From NCBI GenBank assembly GCA_002189035.1, contig CM007990.1:2108001-2172000 (forward strand): a DNA stretch of 64,000 nucleotides. The letters are read 5' to 3'. A model generated the notes under the pieces. That model did not search any database, was not told the origin of the DNA, and was given only the letters and a program-made list of their open reading frames with translations. Positions within the stretch are counted from its first letter, which is position 1. Every line of letters begins with the position of its first letter. This document shows, piece by piece, positions 1 through 13,449 of the stretch. A program made the position numbers and the translations under genes. Origin of the DNA: Utricularia gibba. Lineage: Eukaryota; Plantae; Magnoliophyta.

Positions 1-79
1 AGGGCCACAGGTAAAATTTAGGCCTAATTGAGAAATTGAGAGCATTTGAATAAAAAGCAGACTAAAACCAATTAGTAAA

Positions 80-100
80 AGCCCAACTCCTAAAGGCCCA
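80..100. promoter_or_regulatory. Two site II motifs (RGCCCA) upstream of MCD1
   Basis: AGCCCA at 80-85 and GGCCCA at 95-100, about 230-250 bp before the MCD1 ATG. Site II/TCP elements are common in plant proximal promoters. Confidence 0.45.
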
Positions 101-327
101 GTCTTACTACAATCGTCACATTTTGGTTCGCCGAGTCCTCCTCGTCCTGGTGCTGAAGGAGAACATGTGATCAAGGTTTTGCTGCCAGTCTCTCAAATCT
201 TCCTGCCATTCTGCATTACTCCACTACTGCAGCCGCTTAACAGATTCTAGTATATTCAAAATGCGCTGCACAGAAGCCAGATGATAGCCGATTTGCCACT
301 CCGCATGTGACCCAATCACCTGCTTCT

Positions 328-2252
328 ATGGCTTCGAGTTTCACTCTACACCTCCACGTAGCACCCTTTGCGTCTGTAAGCACACCTCTCGCTTTGATGT
401 CTTGGACCTATTTTTTTGAAATTTTTCACTTTTCATGGGCTCCTATCCTGTCCTAATTTCTGATGACCCTGCATTCCTCAGAAAAAAAATCAATTTTTTT
501 CTGATGAGCACACATTGCGGACGGAAATGGTCGGTGTCTGTAACTGGAAAGCCTGGAATGGAAGAGCTAAGTGGAAGAAGATTGCTACGAAAGTGGTGGA
601 TTCTGACGGCGATACGCGTCCCTTTAATGATGCTCTTGTGACACAAGTAGTAGAAAGCTCCCCAAAATCCGAGGGGAGTGTTGTTTCTAGACTGCAAGAA
701 TCAAGGGGATATATTCCTGTCTTTTTCTCCCAGATAATGGTTTGTGAGGTTTATTACCGATGCGCATATGAGATTCATAGTTTTTTTTTTTACTCTGTAA
801 ATGCACTTTTCTTGTCAAGTATTATCATTTCCTTAGCTTGTTGAATTTCAATGGTGATCATTTTAAATTTTGTGGTGGCATGAAGAAGGCTTTCAAAACA
901 CGATATTGTTAAATATCAATAGTGATGACATGTATGATGCACTTAATGGTGTTCCGTTTATCATCAGATTTCAGGCTGACCAAAGTTCTTGTGTTATTCT
1001 TTGCGGCAGATATTTGTTTAAATGCTTGATTCTGACTTTTAGTTTGAATTGGATGACGTATCTTGCACCTCACTCCCAACAATTCAAAATGTACGTCTTC
1101 CATGTTGCCTGGTTTTGCAGATTAGAGGACTTTCTGGTACAAGGATTTCAGTTGGATTATTCATTCTAGCAACTATGCTAGTTGTCGTAGTCAGACATTA
1201 TGCAACAATGAAATCACACTCTCGTGGCTCAGGCTCTGTTGCAGATCTAGTTCGTCGTGGTCATGTTAGAGCAGATAGGAGAGGCATGTACGGTGCTATA
1301 TCCATCATCTAATTCCTTGTATCTTATAGATAGTTGTGCTCAAGCATCTTGGCATTTGGATGAATTTGATCTTGTGATTCTACGTGATGGATGATGCACT
1401 GTTGCTATGTTTAATGAGCTATTTTGATATTTTATTGGATTGCCTCTGTAATTTTGTCCGTAGATCTACTCTGAAGTGTGAGGATCCATTCAATAACCCA
1501 ATGGTGAAGGTCAGCAAGAGCAACTCAACAGTTGAAATGTTTGGAAAAGTTTACCGCTTAGCTCCAGTTACACTCACAGATGAGCAACAAAGTATACATC
1601 AAAAGCGAAGATCACGTGCATATCAATGGAAGAGACCTACCATTTTTCTGAAGGAAGGAGATTCTGTGCCTCCTGATGTGGACCCTGACACAGTCAGGTG
1701 GATTCCTGCTAATCATCCCTTTGCAACAACTTCTAGTGATATTGATGAAGGGTTGGCTCAAAGCAACGTGAACCAGAAACATGGTGTTCCATTCCGTATT
1801 AAGGCAGAGCACGATGCACTGCAAAGAAAACTTGAAGCGCTGCAGAATGTAAGTTCTAAAATAAGTAGCTACCATTTGATGAGTTGGAAAGCTGGTACGC
1901 TTACATATAATCATTGAGTAATCTCATTTGGCTCATCTATATAGCCATGAATATCACTTGTCTTATCCAGGTTCTTTTTTCTATAAAAATGTTTACGCCT
2001 GAAAACACTTGCAGTGTATCTATTCTCAAAAGGCATAGGTTCTATGGATTGCAGGAACATAAAAATGGAAAATTGGTGATTGATCCTGCTGCTGCAGCCA
2101 GAGATTTTGAGAGAACGAAGAAGTTGCAAATGAAGCCTGAAGAGGAAGAACAAAATATCAATCCTACTTTCAAGGTAGGTGCTCCTCAATCCAGACATTT
2201 AAGTAATGGTGTTGGACATGATCCTTCAACAGATGAGTTACAGAGCCCTTAA
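328..2252 (+). CDS. MCD1: MULTIPLE CHLOROPLAST DIVISION SITE 1 (plastid inner-envelope division-site factor), 5 exons, about 351 aa
   Basis: Exons about 328-375, 482-739, 1121-1287, 1464-1848, 2055-2252 with GT-AG introns in consistent phase. Peptides GSVADLVRRG, EDPFNNP, GKVYRLAPVTLT, HQKRRSRAYQWKRPTIFLKEGDSVPPDVDPDTVRWIPANHPFATT and GVPFRIKAEH match recalled Arabidopsis MCD1. Boundaries of exons 1-2 are less certain. Confidence 0.9.
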
Positions 2253-2554
2253 GACTTTTAGGCTCATCTGAAAATTGACTCAAAATGGTATCTTCAAGGA
2301 TGGTGTATATTTTAATGAGTTCACTTGTTTGAATATACAAGTAGTGTCGTTTCACTCTATTTCTCTTTGTGTACAAATGCAGAACGAGATTACGAAAATC
2401 AACAAAGTAAATCGTCAATTTCTTTAGCTTTCATTTTCTCTTACAAGGTGTGGTCTGCTAAAAGCCAGGATCTACCCAGCTAAATCATCCTATAACAGGA
2501 TTTAATGGCCTTTTTTTCTGGAATGATAACAGATGTTAATGGTCTAATAAATTA

Positions 2555-4719
2555 TTAAATGATGGTGCCATCAGGGATTACGACACTCTGTATAATTACA
2601 ACTATTCCTCCTGATATGACATACCCCTTTTCTTCCATATTTCCTTCCTCCACATTGTCTCTGTTTATGATCTGCAGCGAAGTGCACAGCAATTACTCGA
2701 AGTTGTTCAATAGGTATAAGGTGTTCATCTGTTTACTCTGTTGAGCTTACCTGGACATTTCTGCCAATTCTCGTATTCCTGTCTATTATAGCTTTCCTTA
2801 TATGTGTGCCGTCTCCTATGCCAATGGGAACTTCACCAATACAATTCTGCAGCGAGAAATTTGAAGATTGAAATCCAGGGGTGACGGTGGATTTTATGGT
2901 AGTTCTTTTTTCCAAGCCCAAGGGGGCTTATACTATCCTTGATGCTTACATGCTGATTTATATCTGATCCCATGATGACAGAGTCCTCAATTACGACATT
3001 GTTGCCTATCCTTGCCTTGGTTCCTACCACCGAGCCCTTTACGCTGCAGCATCTCTACAACAAAGCAAAAAGACGAAACAATTTTAGGCAAAGAGCTCTA
3101 AGTACAAAAAGAGTGTAAGCTCATATTTTGCTTTCCGTGTCCTTACACCAAGAAAGCAACCATCCCCGATGATGGAATCCTTGATGATGGCATCAGCTAC
3201 ATGAGTCGGATGCCGATGGCGTGGCAGTGTGTAGACAGGAGAATGAGTATCGTGGAAACTGCTACAACAAATAGAGTTATCTTCGTTAGCTTATTTTCTG
3301 AAAAGAATGCAGCACTCCTATCTCTTTGAGTGCAGGGCATTTCATACTGCGACCAGGTTACAAACTTGTATGTCGTGCTGTTCCTTCGAAGGGCCTTCAT
3401 GTTGGCATCGTAATACGCTGCTATGCTCATCATGTTCTCCCAGTACCCATCGAACTGATAGGCCTGAACCTGTAAAGTTCATAAAAACAGTTGCAGCTGG
3501 CCTGAAAATCTCTGTCAAACAAAACAAATTAACCTTCAAAACGTGTACATACTTTCATTCCCATGGAAATTGCACCACTGACTACCTCACTCGTCAGGCT
3601 GTTTGCAGAGGGGAAATGCTCTATCAGAAGCCTCTTCATTACGTCTCTGTTTATGACATAGATTCCCATGCTTGGAAACCTGCGCTTGACACTGCTGACA
3701 TTTGCTGAGTCCTTAACCTGAAAAGGGATGGTTGGTATAAATCCTTTCTCACAGTTAGTTCTTGTTACCCAGTCTATGGAATCAGCTGGAGGGATGCCAA
3801 AAAACATACTCTGAGAGTCTTATGCCCTGGTTTTTCTTGGAATTCAAGAACATGGTTTTCATTATTTATGCTTAGAATGCCGAATCCTGAATCCTTATCC
3901 TCCACTCCACTGAATGCTGCGATGGTTATATCAGCAAATCCTCTCCTGTGGTAATCTATTAGTTTCTGATAATCCATTTTGTAAAGATGATGACTAGGAA
4001 GAATCAAGAATTCATCGGCAGGATGCTCATCAAAAACCCAGAAGCATCTCCTTATTGCATCTGCTGTCCCCTAAACAAGAGGCAAAAACTTTCCAAAAGT
4101 AAAGGATGAAGAAAAACACGTGAATACAGAATTTTTCTGCACTCAATTCATGCTAGTTAGATATTTGGACCTGGAACCAGCCAGTGTTGTCTTCTGGTGT
4201 TTGACAAGCTGCGATAACTTCGACGAGCCCTTCGAATGGAAGGCGATCTCCTGAATAGGCTCTTGTTAAGTGAGAATTCAGAGATGTTGAATTAAACTGA
4301 GTGAGAGCATAGATTTTTGATATATTGCTGTTAATGCAATTGCTGACAACTGCATCGATAAGCAGGTAGTTTCCTGCTAAGGGTATTGCAGCCTCTGATC
4401 GCCTCTTTGTCAGCGGATAGAGCCTCGAGTGGGATGATTCATCTCCATACACAATCGCTGCAACCCTCTGAGATCAACAAACAGCTCACATCTTATACCA
4501 CATCCCCTACGCTTCAGGTTTTTTAAGACTTGGGCATTGCAAAAACATACATTTCAAGATGAAAAGCAGCACCTGGTTTGCTGGAGATGCGAGATGATTC
4601 AGGTTGTTTCGTTTCCAGGAGTTGCTGGAAGACATGCCCGAGCTGACTAACGGAACATGCTGGTCACTGGAATGTGGAAAGCAAGATGAAGTGATCCATG
4701 AAGAAGGAAGAGCCATCAT
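2555..4719 (-). CDS. APS2: Glucose-1-phosphate adenylyltransferase small subunit 2-like (probably catalytically inactive AGPase subunit), 9 exons, about 467 aa
   Basis: Exons 4719-4573, 4467-4171, 4070-3810, 3717-3553, 3469-3366, 3258-3147, 3054-2950, 2846-2751, 2671-2555, all GT-AG and in frame. Motifs RLYPLTKRRS, LIDAVVSNCINS, TQFNSTSLNSHL, GWFQGTADAIRRC, HHLYKMDY, SMGIYVI, IIGDGC, IRKAIID. LIDAV, GTADAIRRC and the degenerate glycine loop point to the APS2 clade. Confidence 0.88.
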
Positions 4720-5171
4720 ATCAGATATCAACCCCGACCCCGTTCTTCCTCCTTACCTTGTGAGTCATATTACGTGTTGGGAGGTTTTAACTTGCAGAGT
4801 TAGAATGGAATATTTAGGTTCTCTTCTCCTTCATGTACACAAGAGCGACAGGGAACTTGAGCTTTCCATTTTCTCCGAGATGGAATTTGACGAGAGCATT
4901 TTCTCTCGTTCTGTGAATATGGGAATAAGTGGATCCGAAGGAAAGGATAAAAAAAAGTTCCGAATGGAAAAAAAAAATGAAGAACATGCTACTTATGCCG
5001 TAGCAAGAGGAACCATAGAGAATCCATTTGAACCAATTTTGGGCATATCTTACAGAAGAAGAGTTCATTGATGCACACAAAGGTCCTGCATTTGAACCTC
5101 ATCAAGTTCAGTCTCACAACAACCAGTTGACAGAAGAAGCCACGAATGTTTATTCAGATTTTCGTTCAAGA

Positions 5172-5688
5172 CTAATGCTTCTGCGCGTCCCACTTCTTGA
5201 TGCATTTGAACAATTTTCACTGGAAAAAGAGGCCGACGAGGCGCAGAACACCAACAGCCATAACCACCACAAGCGCCTGATATAAGATCTCTGGGGTGAC
5301 AGGCCACGAGTTACTGTAGAGAGCATGAATCCATCAAAGTTACAGGGGACGATAAATGCAATGGATTGGATTGAATTCCTTCCAGGATTCGCCTAGAAAC
5401 GTCATCAGCTTTCACTGCACCAGAAGAAGCCGCCAGGATGTTCGTCAGTTGAGGCCTCTTTTTGGTTTCTGCCAAGACCAAAGAAATCACTTTGAAACTC
5501 AAAATAATATTGCGAGTCCACGAGTTCACGAAAAGCAAACGATTAACACAGATTTCAACCTTGGGCAAAACCGGTGTATCAGTATCGGCAGGGAAGACAA
5601 CAGAAACATGCTGTATATGCTGTAGAGAGGTTCAGCCAATCCCTAAGGCCAAATTTAGTGGTCGAATATGCTGTATATCTGTAACTTC
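5172..5688 (-). pseudogene. TSC10: 3' fragment of 3-ketodihydrosphingosine reductase (TSC10-like SDR), with frameshifts and a nonsense codon
   Basis: Exon remnants 5688-5560 and 5468-5172, separated by a 91-nt GT-AG intron. Read across frameshifts they give GSYRYTAYSTTKFGL (SDR YxxxK), HVSVVFPADTDTP, TKKRPQLTNILAASSG, CNFDGFMLSTVTRGLSPQRSY and LRLVGLFFQ*..IKKWDAQKH*, matching the recalled TSC10 C-terminal half. TGA at 5219-5217 replaces a conserved Trp. No upstream exons were found. Confidence 0.8.
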
Positions 5689-6849
5689 CTACAAGAGAAA
5701 ACAGTCAATAAAAAAAAAAAAAATCAATCTCCATAAGAAAAATTATATAGAACTCATCATCAACTAACCACGTCTATCTTTATCAAAAACCCACGTCTAT
5801 AGTCAAAACTGGTAAATCAGCCCATACTAACAGGATGTTCTAATATGTTACAAAATGGAGCCTTACAGTAGTGAATGACATAAGCAAAGGAGTAAATGCA
5901 TCTTTATTCACTTTCGAAAAAACACTTTCCAGAAATCTAATAAATTATTTTCTACATTTCTTTATATTCATTTTCAAAAACAAGTTTAATTATAAATATT
6001 AATAAAAGTAAAAACTTAAATTTTATGCTTAATTAAAAATATTAAAAGCTTGAGGACCTGTTTGATAAGCTTGTTAAGACATCTTAACAATAGTTGTAAA
6101 TTAAAAGTATGTTTGGTAATAGTTATGAAAATACATAGCCTTATTTATCTTCACATGCATGTAACTAATTTTGGGATGTGAAGCTCAATCTCTCATTATC
6201 TCTATTCTACCCTTCCCATCACCGTTGACGCACAACTCATCTGTAGTGATTACTTGTGGCTTGCCCTCACCAAAACACCACGTCTATCATTATCAGCCAG
6301 ATTCCATCACTTGTCTTTAGTTAATTATTTGTATTCTTTGGGTTTTCATAGCTAATCATCATCTCTTCTAGTAAATGAGATGATTACTATTATCATTAGA
6401 AGAGACGATTGCAATAGACAATGAGATAGAAGTGTAAATCAATATCAAAAAATAAAAATGAAGATGGATCTTACATGGAAGTAAATTATTAGAAAAGAAC
6501 AATAGAATATTTGATGAGCAGAATTGGAAAAATAGGAATAATGTAAAAAATCTTTAAATAATGATGATGATATTTTGGATGATTCATGTAAAACATCTAT
6601 TTCACAATAATCTACTAAATAAAAAATATTATAAATATTCATATTTTTATTCAATATTAAAAAATGCATATATAATCTAAACAATGGATATTAGTTTATT
6701 TAAATAATAATAATTTTAATGAGCCATAAACTAAATAATCTTAGTAAACAAGACTTGAATCATTATACATAATATAAACTGAAGCAACTAGGAATAATTA
6801 ACATAAAAAATATTAACTAAACTTCACCCAAATATGCTTGATCAATTTT

Positions 6850-8040
6850 TTTTAAAATAGCAGTTAATATTGATATCATATGAATTGACCACTCTATTCA
6901 AATAATTTTGTATATTCAATCCAACATCTCTACAAATTTGTGACGGTTGAACTATTGATAATTTATCAAATTCACCTTCAATATTATCTTTAGGGATAAT
7001 ATGTTCTTTGTGTTATACTATTATGTTGTGTAAAATGATATATGCATACATAATATTTGCAAGTGTTTTTCAATCCCAAATTCTTCCAAATATTGTGAGT
7101 ATTGCAAATTGGCATAGCGAAATACGAAAACTTTGCTTTATATCTTTTCAAGCACTCTCTTGAAATTTATCAAAAAGTCGAGCTTTTCAATCTTATGAAA
7201 AAGTAATAAACTTCATAAAAATAGTTCAATCAAGATAAATATTATCGACCAAATAATATCTCATTCATAAAAATTTCTATTAATAGTAAATTGCACTTGT
7301 GGATCAATACCATTTATACAACTTGTTCAATAAAGGAGAATACCATAAAATATTTAAATCATAATTCATACTTGGCATTCCTAAAAATGTATACTAAATC
7401 CATTTATTAGTAGAAGCTATTGCTTCTAATATGAGTAAAAGTTTATGATGATCTACACATTTTAATTGATTTTTTAATGTAGCATGACAATTTTTTCACT
7501 CTTAATACACACTATCAATGCTTCCAAACATTTCAATAAAACCTCGAGTCTCTCTCCGTGCAATCAAACATTTCAAATCAACCATTGTTGGGGATCTTAA
7601 ATATTGATCTGAAAAACAAGAGTGAATAATGGAACAAATAGACAAATACATTTGATGGAGGTTATCTTTTCAATTCAAATGTATTCATCAATACTATCAA
7701 CACTACATCCATAAGCTAACATTTAAATAGCAACAATGCACTTTTGTAAAACACTCAAGCCTATGCAATCAACGGCATTCACTTTATGTTAAAAATATGG
7801 ATCTATAAATTTGGCAAGATCCATTATTCACTCAAATAAGAAACGATGCATTCGAAATCTCCTATTAAATGGTCCATCTATGTAAGTAGGATAATCGTGA
7901 AAATAATTAGACACCAATCTTTCATGACTTAATTCACGATTGCATTCAATATTGTTGTCGTGGACGTATTATTTTGAAGATTCTCCTCATATTTAAGGAG
8001 TTGAAAGTAATTAACTCCTTAAATATTTGCCACATAATCT
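6850..8040 (-). mobile_element. Degenerate PIF/Harbinger-type DDE transposase remnant
   Basis: Minus-strand translation gives CIVAI*MLAYGCSVDSIDEY (about 7740-7681) and WD*KTLANIMYAYIILHNI (about 7078-7022), typical of plant Harbinger nucleases, with many stops. Boundaries approximate. Confidence 0.7.
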
Positions 8041-9269
8041 ATGTCATCTTCATAAAAATAATGGGTGATTTAGAAATTTGACCATTGCACTTTTACTGTG
8101 TGAGAAAAATAGCCACCCTCATTATTAAAATTTCAGCGTAGTGTGTGTTAGCAAAGGTGAGGTGGCCACTTTTCTAAATGAACTTAAAAATAATAGGTTA
8201 GAGATTTGAAAAACTTGAATTTATGATATTTGATATGCAAAAACATTGTGCAATTTACACCTATAAATAAGTGAAAATGAATTTGCATATCATTAGAATT
8301 TGGTACAATTTGAATTTACATTTCTATTATTATATATTTATTATACTTATTTGTAACAATCATATTGATTGATTTCTACTAACTTTATTTATATCTATTA
8401 CATTTATGACCTCTCACTTTGATTATTTCCTAAAAAATTTATTTAAATATATCATATTGATGACTTTCTATTATATTAATTATTTACTATTAATTTTATT
8501 TGGATTTATCATCTTCATTTTTGAAAATTACATTAATTTATAATCATTATTTGTTTATGATTAATACATTGATTGTATATTATCAAAAATTAAAAATCGT
8601 AATATCTAAAATACCGTCAATCGTGGTATAAATTCATGTAGTTAAATTCGATAAATGTGCACCCTTTAAAAAACACATATACAAAAATGTTACATCTAAA
8701 ATCAAAACCACAACTAATATCACATTAAAAAAATCTTTTGTAATATATAAGTGTAAAACATTTAAAATTGATTAGTAATCAAAATATGATAATAGTAAAA
8801 GACAACTATAGTAAAATACTTAATTATCTGACTTATTGAGATTAACATATTCATTTTCTTCTTTATCTTTACAAGTATTTTGGTTTCCATTTACTAACTT
8901 GGTACTTGCAATGCTATGATAAGTCATATTATGGATTGCTTTTTATTCAAAAGTAAACTTGCTCATATTTATTTAATAGTTTTTCAAGCATATAATCCAA
9001 ATTTACTTGATTAAACTGTTATATCAAATGATTTCTTTTTTTAAGATTTTCATTCATCATGTCAATAACTTTTAAGTATTTGATCCTGTTGCGTGTCGTT
9101 TCCTCAACAAATTTTAAATATTTAAAACGTAAAACACCAGAAAGCATAGTACAAGTATCAATCACAGGGAGTTGTTTTTCGTGAAAAGTGTTTTGTAAGA
9201 AACTTCTACAAAATGTCACGATTTTGTAAAAGGAGGTTTTTAAGATGCAGAAAGAAAAGTTTCAACCTA

Positions 9270-10200
9270 AGTAATAGGCCTTGACTACGATACGTAGTTC
9301 CTGGGAATAAGATTCAATCTCCTTTGTCCGTCCTTGCCTCGGTTTTCACTGATTTCTTCCAAATAGCTGGCTATAGGAGCAAGGAATAGTCTACTCTCTC
9401 TTACACTCTAATTGACAAGGAGGCATGAGAATAGCCTCATGTGATTCCCCCTTGGACGATTAGGAAGACAAGAGAATTGCCTTCGATTGACTTCAAAACC
9501 GAATTGTGCGCATGTGCCAAGCTGTTGCCAATGGCCAGTGGCAGGTCCAAGGTCACAACCTGTCCACTGTCACGGTACCTAGGCCACAAAAAATATGCTA
9601 CTTCCCTCAAACCGGCAGAGTTGGAGTTGGTGCTCTTCAACTTGATCTTCACCAAAATCCGCGAGGAGTGGCTTGCTACTCATGGACATTGACTAAGAGT
9701 CGTTACAGAAAGACTGCAACAAGACGCGTGGAAGTATGCGGAATCCGAATTGAATTTAGCGAAGAACTGAGTGTATTGCTCAGTACTTGGAAGGAAATTT
9801 CATCTACTTCCCAGAAACTAAAGGTTTTTAGCCCGAAAGAGCCATGAAAACAGAAAGAAAATTGAAAGCTAAGTGTTCTTCCTCCTTGAAGGGGAGGACC
9901 TAAAAGTTCTAAGTGTAGAAAGGAAAATGGAAAAAGTTCCAAATTAAGTGATCCAAGTGGCTTTTATATGACTCTCCACGTGTAATAACTATTTTGGTCC
10001 CCTTTCCATCATTCATTCTGTCTTGCGTGCGCTAGCAGCTTTTCTTATCGTGCAAGTTTGTACTCAATCATTGCTGCAGACTCTGACATGCCGTAAGTAA
10101 GGGCCATGACCAGTGTTAGTCTTTCGCCCACAATAGTTTCAAGTCGTGTACAAGGCACGAAAAGTTAGACTCTGACCACCTACAATATTTCTGCAACACT
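9270..10200 (-). mobile_element. Possible Tat/Ogre-type gypsy accessory-ORF remnant
   Basis: GC-richer island with broken frames (LREVAYFLWPRY..QVV) loosely resembling gypsy accessory ORFs. No intact domain. Confidence 0.3.
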
Positions 10201-13200
10201 CCACGATAATCTACTGACATGTCTCGATCAAAGTGTGAGAAAAAAGGCATAAAATATATATAAAATGGGAAAATAGGAATTTTCTAGTAAAAATAAAATA
10301 CTTAATAATAAGACTTCTAATTTGGGCGACTTCATACATAATTAACACATAATAATATCTAATAATTAACTAGAAAATGACACTTAACAGATCTTAAGAG
10401 AAGAAGAAGTGGATTCAAACAATTGTTTTTCATTCTGTTTACATTTTGTTACTCTTTATTCTAAAGATTGTTCTTTTTATATTATAGTTGATGAAAGTTG
10501 TTTGCCATTTAAGTCATTTATCAATTTTTGTGACTTAAAAAATATATTTAATATAAAAAATAAACATGATATTAAATTTTATATTAACATTCACATTACC
10601 TCACACTGTAGTATGTCTCAAGATTTAATATCAAAAAAAATTTTCCTCTTTCCAACTTTAAAAAACTTTATCACTTATTGTTTGAAATCAAATTCATTAT
10701 AACTATTTCCTCCTTTTAACATCATACAATCCACATAACTTCCAAATTTACTAACATCTTAATTCAAATCTTTCCATTTTTTTTCTTATTGTATCCATGC
10801 TACGATTAATTAGAGGTATTACTTTATGATAATACTCAAATATTTTCTTATAGAACTGTTTGTTTTTTATGAAATCATCTTTATGAATGCTTTCTAACAT
10901 TTAGTCATGTTAAAATAAGAATAAGTTTATTTTCTTTAACTCATCTTTCAGATGTTAATTTTCTAGTAGTCATTTACTACAAAACAAATTGTAATAAAAA
11001 TTGATGATACAGGTTATGAAAATCTACTTTGAAATAGATTGCATACATTAGGAATGGAATCAATAAATTTTCATAATTCTAAACATTTCATTCCTAATTT
11101 AAGCAATAACTTCATAAGCAACAAATCTGATTTTTTGTATTACTATGAAACAATAAAATGTTTCATAGTAAAAAAAAAAAAAAAAACTAGTTATAGTGAA
11201 AGACATCATCAAAACACATTTAAAGATTTAGGATTTATTTATGAATCAATAAAAGATATCATAAAATAACTTTCAAAACTATGCAATTATTTTCTAATCA
11301 GATTTAGGAATCATTATAAATGAAGTTGCATAAATTTGAAATAATAATTCCAAAAGTAGTAATCTAATTTCAGCAATCTGAAGCAATAATGTGGTTCTTA
11401 AATAGTAAAATGATTAGTTACAAGAAAAGATATCATCAAAACATATTTAAATATTTAGAAATTGGTAAAATATCTAAGAAAAATCTGAAGCATTTAAGAA
11501 TATAGTTATTGCGTCAATGTGAAACATCAACCTAAGAAGTATGTAATACATCATAAAAAATAAAAGGAAATAGCAGCTGGTTAGAAACAAACTTGTTGAA
11601 ATCTGGTGCATAATCTTGATCAAATATAAATAAATTAAAAGAAATTTACTTCTTGTACGTGTAATCTAGAGGAAACAAATGTGAATCGAGATGAAATGAA
11701 AAAAGAAGAATCTATATTTGGCATTAGTGAGTTTTCAAACAGAAACTCGATTTTCCTGAATGTAATTTTCGAAAATTCAAAATAATAACTTTATAGATGT
11801 TCAAAAAGTTAATAATTAAAAACTTATAGAAGCATTTTTAAAAATGAATAAAGATGCCCTAATAAGAATGTTAAGTCATTTTTTTCACTATCTTTCATGT
11901 CGTTTTTATGTCTCAATGCGATTAAAATTGTTTAACTAAGAGTTTATAATATAAGATTTATGTTTTATTTAGATTAGGATAATTATCCTAAATGTTATAT
12001 GTTATCTAATATTTTTTCTAATTTTGTTTAAGTTTTATTAGGAGTAAACACGTGGTAGTAAGTATGAGAAATGAAGCAATAGAGGGCAACAAAACAGATA
12101 TTCTCGAACAAACATCTCATTGAGTTTCAAAAGACTGCAAACGTCTAATGATGAACCCAAAAGATTGCAAATGCAAATGCCTAATGATGAACCTTGACGT
12201 CTAGTACACATAAGTCTCTGACAGATGAAATTATTATCATAGTAGTGTCATAACATGAGCTTTCTTGTAAGTCACTCTAATCTGACAGGACTCGAGAAAT
12301 ATGAAAAACTCAAACAAAGTAGTTCAGTTATGGGAAGACATTGAATTCAAGTTTTAGTTTAAACTTTTATTTATCTCTCTAAAGAATTTTTCCTCTATCT
12401 TCTCTTTAGAACTTTGTTCTTGTTTTTCATAGTTTGTATGGTCATTCGCGGTTAGAAACTTTTGTTTCTGGGTTGGGAGACTCCTAGTTCTACGTTTCGT
12501 TAGTTAATCTCAATTTTTTCTTTGAATTTCATCGGGTTCCGTATGTTTCGTACAATTATGTTACAGTCTTTCTGTAACAACTCCATTATTCAAGATTTAT
12601 AGTTAGTTTATCACTACCTACGAGTTTTGAAGAGTAAAATGGAAAGCACCAACTCACACCTTTTTAGTTGGAGAGAGACAACATTTTGTCTTTGACCATA
12701 CTTTAAAATTAATGGACAAATAGTAACCTTGTATTTAGACTCATTGGATCGTTGGCAATACTCAAGCACATGCACGTAATTCAATCATGAGGGTATGACA
12801 ATAGTACCTCTTATCTTTGTGTTCATCCAAGAAGGAGCAACATTGGACTATTCTCGTGTCTTCTAGCAAGAAAGTATAAGAGAGTGTAGACAATTCCTTA
12901 TTACTATAATCAAGTACTCGAGAAGATAAGAGATGAGTGGAGACGTGACCAACGTAGTTGGACAGAATTCCAATCCCAGAAACATTCACTTTATTTAAGA
13001 TTCATCGTTTAACTTTAGTTTCGTTGTTTGTTTACAATCCCCTTACTTAACCTTCATCACTTACGTTTCTTGCACCTTTTACTTTAAAAAATCGTTTAAA
13101 AATCATGATAGTTGTATTCGGTGATTTCATTTTTTATTGAAAAACAGCTCCTTATATTCGACATGTGTACTATATATATGTGTTTTATGAGTTTTAAAAA

Positions 13201-13449
13201 TATTTAAAATTTATTATGGAAAATACATATTAAGTAACAATAGCATTATCCATTCTAAATGACATCCCTATCCTTCATTGGTGTGATAAACTTATTAATT
13301 TGTCTAGAGAACCTTATTAGACCCCCAATTAGCTTTTTTCTACATCTAATATGAAATGAAGGCGACTCATTATCAGTGTGGAAGATTGTCAAGCAGCTCC
13401 TTGATAAGTAATTTTGTATCACTTATATTTTGTTTTTTAGGATTCACTT

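Noticed and set aside
5311-5334. MDSCS peptide resembling an AGPase large-subunit N-terminus upstream of APS2
   Set aside because: It stops after 7 codons and is an alternative frame of the TSC10 remnant (CNFDGFML).
4604-5625. Plus-strand ORFs 4604-5071, 5028-5285 and 5356-5625
   Set aside because: These are antisense shadows of APS2 exon 1 and the TSC10 remnant, with no recognisable domain.
12050-12620. Possible solo LTR ending in TTTATCA
   Set aside because: No matching 5' TG terminus or TSD was identified.
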